In this document: piece after piece, positions 57,663 through 64,000 of the stretch | How positions within the stretch are numbered: position 1 is the stretch's first letter | Layout of the letters: each line of letters begins with the position of its first letter | Assembly: GCA_965197645.1 (NCBI GenBank) | Contig: OZ240219.1 | Location: 2,880,001 to 2,944,000, forward strand | From: Dehalococcoidia bacterium | GTDB taxonomy: Bacteria > Chloroflexota > Dehalococcoidia > Plut-88900 | Direction of reading: 5' to 3' | DNA length: 64,000 nucleotides | Translations under genes and position numbers: made by a program | Notes under the pieces: generated by a model | The model's input: only the letters and a program-made list of their open reading frames with translations | Told to the model about the DNA's origin: nothing | Databases searched by the model: none

Positions 57663-58946
57663 ATGGCTCAACCGGCATATATCGCTGGCGTGAAGGTACC
57701 CCCTGCCCTTCGCTATCCCGCCTACCGATGGTTCTGGATAGGTACCCTGGCATCGGTAGGCAGCACCCAGATGCGCATCGTCGCCGTCGGCTGGCTCATC
57801 TACGACCTCACCGAATCCACCCTCTACCTCGGTTACGCCGGCCTCGCCGGGGCCGTACCTACCATCCTCCTCACGGTCGTTGGAGGCGTCATCGCCGATA
57901 GAATGGACCGCCGCTTTCTCCTGGGCGTCACCAATTTCTTCAATACGGCCACGACCCTCCTGCTGGCAACCCTGATCGCCGTCGGTCTCATTGAACCGTG
58001 GCACGTTCTCGTCTACTCGTTTGTCGAAGGGTTCTCGTGGGCTTTCCAAGGCCCTGCCCACGAAGCCCTTTATCCTTCCCTGGTGGAATCTAAGGCCCTC
58101 AACAGCGCCGTCGCCCTCGATGGCGCCACCTGGAACGCCAACTCCATCATCGCGCCTGTCATCGCCGGCTTCATCATCGCCCGGGTGGGAATGGCCGCCT
58201 GCTTTTACGTGGCCGCCGTGGGATTTTTCGTCATGGTCATCGTGGTCGTGATCCTTCCCAAGGTGAAACTGCCCGAGACCGTAAGGGGCGTTCGAGCTAC
58301 TCTGAACGACATGATGGAGGGTCTCAAGTTCATCAAGAGCCGGTCCATTTTCGCTTTGCTCACCGGCCTCTCCTTTTCGTTCACCTACTTCGTGATGTCC
58401 TGGATATTCATACTGCCCGTCTTCTCCCGGGACATCCTAGAAGTCGGCGCCGATGGTCAGGGAATCCTCCTGATGCTCATGGGCGTCGGCTCGCTGGTGA
58501 CCAGCATCCGGATGAGCACCCTCGAAAGCATTCAACAGCGAGGCTTTCTGATAATCAGCTCCGGGGCGGTAACCGGGATCCTCGTTGCGGCATTTGCCCT
58601 TACCTCGGACATGGTCGGCTCCTATTACGTCGCCATGGCCATCGTCTTCTTTATAGGTATCTTCGAGACGATCTTCATCAACACCTGTATCAGCTCCGTC
58701 CAGATCCTCGTGCCGGAGGAGTTCCGGGGCCGCGTCATGGCCTTCTACACCATGACCTGGAGCTTCATAAGCCTCGGTGGAGCGCAGCATGGACTTGTGG
58801 CCAATTTCATCGGCGCCCCGGCCGCCCTGGCGATAGGAGGTTTCATCTTCACCGGAATTGTCCTGGGCCCCGTCCTGCTGAGCAGACAGGTCCGCCACCT
58901 GGGTACCCTGGTCCAAGAGTCCCAGACCGCCAACGCACCGGCCTGA
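57663..58946 (+). CDS. MFS transporter (MFS_3-like)
   Basis: About 12 TM helices, GGVIADRMDRR and EEFRGRV; TATAAT 7 nt before ATG 57663. Confidence 0.9.
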   Translation: MAQPAYIAGVKVPPALRYPAYRWFWIGTLASVGSTQMRIVAVGWLIYDLTESTLYLGYAGLAGAVPTILLTVVGGVIADRMDRRFLLGVTNFFNTATTLLLATLIAVGLIEPWHVLVYSFVEGFSWAFQGPAHEALYPSLVESKALNSAVALDGATWNANSIIAPVIAGFIIARVGMAACFYVAAVGFFVMVIVVVILPKVKLPETVRGVRATLNDMMEGLKFIKSRSIFALLTGLSFSFTYFVMSWIFILPVFSRDILEVGADGQGILLMLMGVGSLVTSIRMSTLESIQQRGFLIISSGAVTGILVAAFALTSDMVGSYYVAMAIVFFIGIFETIFINTCISSVQILVPEEFRGRVMAFYTMTWSFISLGGAQHGLVANFIGAPAALAIGGFIFTGIVLGPVLLSRQVRHLGTLVQESQTANAPA

Positions 58947-58955
58947 GCCGCCGCT

Positions 58956-59870
58956 ATGCCACAATCGGCTGACAGGCGAAGCAGAAGGTCCACCCGCACC
59001 AGCTCTTTCGGTACGTCCGGCCGCATCGGCCACGACTCCTCTCTCTTCTACAGTAGCCGCCTCTACGAAAACGCGGCCAGCCGCGAACCCGGGGAGTACA
59101 TCGAGAACCCCATTGATCCCGCTCTCCTAGACACCATCTACTGCAAGTCCAGCGAGGCCATGCCGGAGCTGCCTGACTCCTCCGTCCATCTCATGGTCAC
59201 CTCGCCGCCCTACAACGTCGGCAAAGAGTACGATCAGGACCTCTCCCTGAGCGAGTACCGATCCCTCCTCCGAACCGTCCTCACCGAGGTGTACCGGGTC
59301 CTGGTCACCGGCGGCCGAGCCTGCGTCAACGTCGCCAATCTGGGCAGAAAACCGTACATCCCGCTACATTCCTACATCATCGAAGAGGCCCTGGAGATCG
59401 GCTTCCTCATGCGGGGCGAGATCATCTGGGACAAAGCGGCCAGCTCCAGCACATCCACCGCCTGGGGCAGCTGGCTGTCCCCCTCCAACCCCGCGTTACG
59501 AGACACGCACGAGTACTTACTGATTTTCTGTAAAGAAAGCTTCCGACGAAGGCCTCCCGAGAAGCGGACCAGCACCATCACCCGGGACGAGTTCCTTGAG
59601 TTCACCAAGAGTGTCTGGACCTTCCCCGCCGAGTCCGCTCGAAAGGTTGGGCATCCCGCCCCCTTCCCGGTCCAGCTACCCTACCGGCTTATCCAGCTCT
59701 ACACCTTCGAGGGCGAGAGCGTCCTGGACCCCTTCGCCGGCGCGGGCGCCACCTGCCTGGCCGCCCTGGAAACTCAGCGACGCTACATCGCTTATGAGAT
59801 TGACCGGGACTACGTTCGCTTGGCCGAGAAGCGCATTGTGAATTCGGCCGGTGCCCGCGCCTCTACTTGA
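58956..59870 (+). CDS. Orphan beta-class amino (N4-C/N6-A) DNA methyltransferase
   Basis: TSPPYN (motif IV) precedes HPAPFP and VLDPFAGAG (motif I). Confidence 0.9.
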   Translation: MPQSADRRSRRSTRTSSFGTSGRIGHDSSLFYSSRLYENAASREPGEYIENPIDPALLDTIYCKSSEAMPELPDSSVHLMVTSPPYNVGKEYDQDLSLSEYRSLLRTVLTEVYRVLVTGGRACVNVANLGRKPYIPLHSYIIEEALEIGFLMRGEIIWDKAASSSTSTAWGSWLSPSNPALRDTHEYLLIFCKESFRRRPPEKRTSTITRDEFLEFTKSVWTFPAESARKVGHPAPFPVQLPYRLIQLYTFEGESVLDPFAGAGATCLAALETQRRYIAYEIDRDYVRLAEKRIVNSAGARAST

Positions 59871-60038
59871 ATGTCAAGTCACGACCCTGGCTCTCATTCA
59901 GCGCCACCTCTTACCCTATCCCTTCCTCCCATATATACTGTGTCCCGAGGCCCACATACGTCCTTTTCTTCGTCATGAACTCCCAGCCGCCCTTTAACTA
60001 CCGGCCTGACACAACCCAACTTATGAAGTAACCAGCCC

Positions 60039-61310
60039 ATGCTCTCTCTTCAACTGATCCGAGAACACCCCGACCTAGTACAGGCTGCGCTCGCCAAGCG
60101 AGACGACGACTCCTCCATCGACCAGGTCCTCGCCCTGGACCTGCGCCGCCGCCAGATACTCACCGACGCCGAAGCCCTCCGTGCCCGCCGCAACGAGGTC
60201 AGCAAGCAGCTTGCCAAGCAGAAGGAGAAGCCCCCCCAGGTCATCGCCGAGATGCGGGAGGTCGGCTCCCGGATCAAAGACCTGGAGGAAGGCCTTAAGC
60301 CCATTGACACCCGTCTCAATCAACTCCTCCTGCAGCTCCCCAATCTGCCCGTCGACGACGTCCCCATCGGCGAAGACGACTCCGGCAATCTGGTGGTCAG
60401 GACCTGGGGAGAGCCTCGAAAGCTCGAATTCGATCTGCTGCCCCACTGGGAAATCGGCGAGCGTCTCGGTATCCTGGACTTCGATCGCGGCGTCAAGATA
60501 TCCGGCTCCCGCTTCTACGTCCTGAAGGGTAAAGGCGCACGACTCCAGCGGGCCCTCATCGACTGGATGGTCCAGCTCCACGTGGAGCAGCACGGCTATC
60601 AGGAGGTCTACCTTCCCTACATGGTCAAGGAAGAGGTGTTGATCGGCAGCGGCAACCTGCCCAAGTTCGGCGATAATCTCTACCACGATGCCGAAGACGA
60701 CCTCTGGCTCATACCCACTGCCGAAGTGCCGATCACCGGTCTTCACCGAGACGAGATCCTGCCCTCCGGCGCCCTCCCTCTCAGCTACGTCGCTTACAGC
60801 GCCTGCTTCCGAAGGGAGAAGATGTCGGCCGGCAGAGATACCCGGGGCATCAAGCGGGGACACCAGTTCGACAAGGTCGAGATGTACAAGCTGGTCGAGC
60901 CCGAGACCTCGGATGACGAGCTGAGTCAACTGGTCTCCCACGCCGAGGCCGTTGCCCAGGCCCTGGACCTGCCCTATCGACTCCTCCAGCTGTGCACCGG
61001 GGACCTGGGCTTTCAGTCCGCCAAGTCCTTCGACATCGAAATCTGGGCGCCAGGCGTCCAAGAGTGGCTCGAGGTCAGCTCCTGCAGCAACTGCACGGAT
61101 TTCCAGGCCCGCCGCTCCAACATCCGCTACCGGCCTGAGGACGGAGGCCGACCCCGGTTCGTCCACACCCTCAACGGTTCCGGCCTCGCCCTACCCAGGG
61201 TCATGATCGCCATATTGGAAAACTACCAGCAACCCGACGGCTCGGTCCTGGTGCCCGAAGTCCTTCACCCCTACACCCGCTTCGATACCATCGAGCCTGC
61301 TGAGCTCTAG
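60039..61310 (+). CDS. serS: Serine-tRNA ligase
   Basis: LIPTAEVP, FRRE, HQFDKVE, EVSSCSNC and HTLNGSGLA motifs. Confidence 0.99.
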   Translation: MLSLQLIREHPDLVQAALAKRDDDSSIDQVLALDLRRRQILTDAEALRARRNEVSKQLAKQKEKPPQVIAEMREVGSRIKDLEEGLKPIDTRLNQLLLQLPNLPVDDVPIGEDDSGNLVVRTWGEPRKLEFDLLPHWEIGERLGILDFDRGVKISGSRFYVLKGKGARLQRALIDWMVQLHVEQHGYQEVYLPYMVKEEVLIGSGNLPKFGDNLYHDAEDDLWLIPTAEVPITGLHRDEILPSGALPLSYVAYSACFRREKMSAGRDTRGIKRGHQFDKVEMYKLVEPETSDDELSQLVSHAEAVAQALDLPYRLLQLCTGDLGFQSAKSFDIEIWAPGVQEWLEVSSCSNCTDFQARRSNIRYRPEDGGRPRFVHTLNGSGLALPRVMIAILENYQQPDGSVLVPEVLHPYTRFDTIEPAEL

Positions 61311-61415
61311 TCCTTAGGCCGATGGGGCCGGCCCCACAAGCTTTGACCTGAAACCCAGGCTCGGTGTAGAATCACAGTACCAAACGCAGAAGCTTCGGAC
61401 ACGGGAACTATCGTT

Positions 61416-62507
61416 ATGTCGCTCTCTTCCAGCAACAAAAGTTCCAAGAAGCCCCACGAGGACGGATACGAGCCCGATCTGGGCTGGATGGACAGGCGCG
61501 GCGAGTGGGGCATGAAGGCCCAGCCCGGCAAGCGGGGCCTGACGATGGAAGACGTCGAGATAGCGTCTTACGGGGCAGTCCCGGAAGAGAGTGTCAACCG
61601 CTCCGGTCGTCCCCGAGGCTCCGTCGCCCGAGAGGGCGGATACCGAAGCGGCAACTATTCGGTAACCTCCAAGCAGGACGTCTGGCTGAAAAACGCGGCC
61701 GGGCTGTATGAAGAAGCCCTTCAGAGGCAGTGGAGCTCCGCCACCGATATTCCCTGGGAGACCATAAAGCCGCTGCCCGATGACGTCGAAAGGGCCGTGG
61801 GGCAATTCAATACATTCCTCAGCGACGTCGAGTTCGGCGCCGGTGACGTACCGGGCAAATGGGTGGCCCGGACCAGTCCCGATTACCAGGAGCCTAGGCT
61901 GTTTCTCATAACCCAGATAGCGGACGAGGCCAGACACCTGGATGTGTTTCGTAAGCGTGCGCTGGCCAACGGCGGCGGCCTGCTGTTGAGCACCTACGAC
62001 CCCACGGTCGGAGGCATCGTGAGCCTTGACCATTCCCGGGACTTCTCCGAGATGTCCGCCAAGCTGCATATCATGACCGAAGGGCCTGTGTTGACCATCT
62101 TTCGCGTCGGCGAGATGATAGCCTACAACGACGCGGAAAAGCGGATGTACCGCCTGGCCGCCCAGGACGAGTCCCGCCACGTGGCCTTCGGCGTAATGCA
62201 CATGCGTTACATCGGAGAAACGCAGCCGAAACGCCGTGAGGAGATTGAGTGTTACCTGGATGAGGGTGAGGACCACCTGTTGTATGGCGACCACGCAGCA
62301 GGAGAAGAAGGCAACACCAGCACCGAGTCGATGGCCATTCTACTGGGCGGGGGCAAGGATAAGTTCGACGAGGGGATGAGGATGCTGATGGCCATCAACC
62401 GCCGGCAGATGAAGGAGTACATCCAACGGGTCCACTCCGCCGGATTCTCGGATCGCTTCGTAAACGGGCGCGCTCACCCCGAAATCCTGAAAATAGCCTC
62501 GAACTAG
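61416..62507 (+). CDS. Ferritin-like diiron-carboxylate protein
   Basis: Paired DEARH and DESRH motifs; TTGACC-18 nt-TAGAAT upstream (61343-61372). Confidence 0.8.
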   Translation: MSLSSSNKSSKKPHEDGYEPDLGWMDRRGEWGMKAQPGKRGLTMEDVEIASYGAVPEESVNRSGRPRGSVAREGGYRSGNYSVTSKQDVWLKNAAGLYEEALQRQWSSATDIPWETIKPLPDDVERAVGQFNTFLSDVEFGAGDVPGKWVARTSPDYQEPRLFLITQIADEARHLDVFRKRALANGGGLLLSTYDPTVGGIVSLDHSRDFSEMSAKLHIMTEGPVLTIFRVGEMIAYNDAEKRMYRLAAQDESRHVAFGVMHMRYIGETQPKRREEIECYLDEGEDHLLYGDHAAGEEGNTSTESMAILLGGGKDKFDEGMRMLMAINRRQMKEYIQRVHSAGFSDRFVNGRAHPEILKIASN

Positions 62508-62579
62508 CACAGCCTATCCCTTACCGGCTCGAGTGACCCCACGGTCCCGTCACCGCTCCGACCGGCCCCAACCCTAACC

Positions 62580-63785
62580 TTAGCTTACCGTGCCCGTTTG
62601 CAAAGCCTCAGTGGACACCGGACCCGCTTCGTTGTGGCCGTTATCGCTGTCCGTATCCTTGAAGCGCGGCATCACCTTGGTACCGAAAAGCTCCAGCGAG
62701 CGCAAGCGGTTCTTGTGGGATGATCCGCTCTCGGCGATGAAGAGCTGGTCCACGCCCGACACCTCCTGGATCTCCTCCACCTTTTCGACCACGTGGTCCG
62801 GTGGACCAACCAGGAGATGCCGGTCCATCAGAAAGTCCCAGTTCATCTCCATGTCCGGTGTAGGCTCCTCACCCGGGTTCATGTAGAATCGCAAGGCATT
62901 CGCTTTCTTGGAGTGAAAGCTGGCGACGAAGCCGTGTGTCTTCATCGCCATGTCTTCCGAATCGCGCCGGGCCTCCTCCATAGTTGGCGCCAGGTAAGTG
63001 TGCCGCATCACAGACCAAATCTCTCGGGGTTTGCGCATATCCTTTCCCTGCGCCTTGCGTATCTCCGCGTACTGTTCACGCCAATGCCGTATCCGGCGGA
63101 CAGGAGCGCGCCATGTTATGGCATTGAAGCCCAGCTCGGCGGTCTGCTGGAGTGAGTTTTCCGTCTCTACGGTGGCCCACAGTGGAGGATAAGGCTTCTG
63201 GTACGGCTTGGGCGCAACGCTCAGCTTGGTAATCATGCCATCGACTGTAGACTCCGGGTCGGGCGGGCCATAGGGCGTATTCCACGGGATCCCCGCCGGA
63301 GGGAAGTCCCAGTTGGGCCCGTGGTGAGAGAACACGTCGTTGGTCCAAGCCTTTTGAAGGACTTCGATGTTCTCTCTCATCAGCTGCCTGCAGGCCACTT
63401 CATCCCGAGGGTCGGCTTTGGGATGGAAGGGCACCGTGTCCCGAGGCCAGGGGCCCCGGCCAAACCCTATCTCTATCCGTCCTTCTGTCAGGTGGTCCAG
63501 TACGGCTATATCTTCGGCCAAGCGCAGGGGATGCCACAGGGTGGGAATCAAGGCGGCAAACCCTATCCGAATCTTGCTGGTGTAATGGGCCACCTCCGTC
63601 GCGATCAGGAGAGGATTGGGAGCGTTACCGAACCCCTCCAGCCCCAAGTGATGCTCGCCCAGCCATACGTAGTCGTAGCCTAGCTGCTCCATAGCAACCG
63701 CGCACTCCCGCACCTCTCGCACAAGCTCTGTGTACGGCCTGTTCATTTCAGGATCGGTGAACAAGAACAAACAACCAAACTTCAT
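62580..63785 (-). CDS. Luciferase-like flavin monooxygenase (LLM)
   Basis: LGEHH, HPLRLAEDIAVLDHLTEGR and PKPYQKPYPP motifs. Confidence 0.92.
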   Translation of the reverse strand: MKFGCLFLFTDPEMNRPYTELVREVRECAVAMEQLGYDYVWLGEHHLGLEGFGNAPNPLLIATEVAHYTSKIRIGFAALIPTLWHPLRLAEDIAVLDHLTEGRIEIGFGRGPWPRDTVPFHPKADPRDEVACRQLMRENIEVLQKAWTNDVFSHHGPNWDFPPAGIPWNTPYGPPDPESTVDGMITKLSVAPKPYQKPYPPLWATVETENSLQQTAELGFNAITWRAPVRRIRHWREQYAEIRKAQGKDMRKPREIWSVMRHTYLAPTMEEARRDSEDMAMKTHGFVASFHSKKANALRFYMNPGEEPTPDMEMNWDFLMDRHLLVGPPDHVVEKVEEIQEVSGVDQLFIAESGSSHKNRLRSLELFGTKVMPRFKDTDSDNGHNEAGPVSTEALQTGTVS

Positions 63786-63841
63786 GATGCTCTCCTATGG
63801 GTCCTAGGGTACTCCACGCTCTTGGAAAGGTCCCTCTTGAC

Positions 63842-64000
63842 TCAGACCGAGCTGGGGGCCAGCTGGGAAACGTCTAGATTATATAGCCTCGCCGCGTTGC
63901 CGCCGATGATCTTGGACCTGTCTTCCGAGGACACGCCTTCCAGAATCTCGTCGATGATTTCTCTCGACCTGGGAAAGGTGGACTCGGCGTGGGGATAGTC
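63842..64000 (-). CDS. Amidohydrolase_2 family protein, C-terminal fragment
   Basis: DYPHAESTFPRSREII...KIIGGNAARLYNL. Confidence 0.85.
   Translation of the reverse strand, partial: DYPHAESTFPRSREIIDEILEGVSSEDRSKIIGGNAARLYNLDVSQLAPSSV

Noticed and set aside
34213-61166. Long antisense ORFs (e.g. 34213-35580, 48867-50195, 60075-61166)
   Set aside because: They mirror well-supported genes on the opposite strand, as expected from high-GC codon bias.

Overview
GC-rich chromosomal segment. Gene content suggests a Chloroflexota, probably Dehalococcoidia/SAR202-like, bacterium (inference): short EF-Ts, five luciferase-like monooxygenases, F420-type enzymes and a CoA-transferase. Housekeeping blocks are lexA 3' end, trpA-aroH-aroF, rpsB-tsf-pyrH-frr-uppS-cdsA-dxr-rseP-ispG, proS, polA-mutM, rsmD-coaD, greA-lysS and serS. 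They are interleaved with catabolic and redox genes and a TetR-headed classical menaquinone cluster in which menC is inverted. The strongest hidden signal is a three-gene DsrE/TusBCD-like operon (3339-4480). Its middle gene, cut at 91 aa in the ORF track, very likely reads through an in-frame UGA as selenocysteine: it gives a UxxC motif at the DsrE catalytic-Cys position, has a SECIS-like hairpin starting 11 nt after the UGA, and its true stop is at 4086. Other items the ORF track misses are two tandem desulforedoxin-like microproteins (205-503), an attenuator-like hairpin in the greA leader, a duplicated and frameshifted promoter plus 5' end of an LLM gene bracketing small Cys-rich ORFs, and several families of modular palindromic intergenic repeats. 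I found no rRNA, tRNA, CRISPR array or intact transposase. All calls come from motif reading without database searches.
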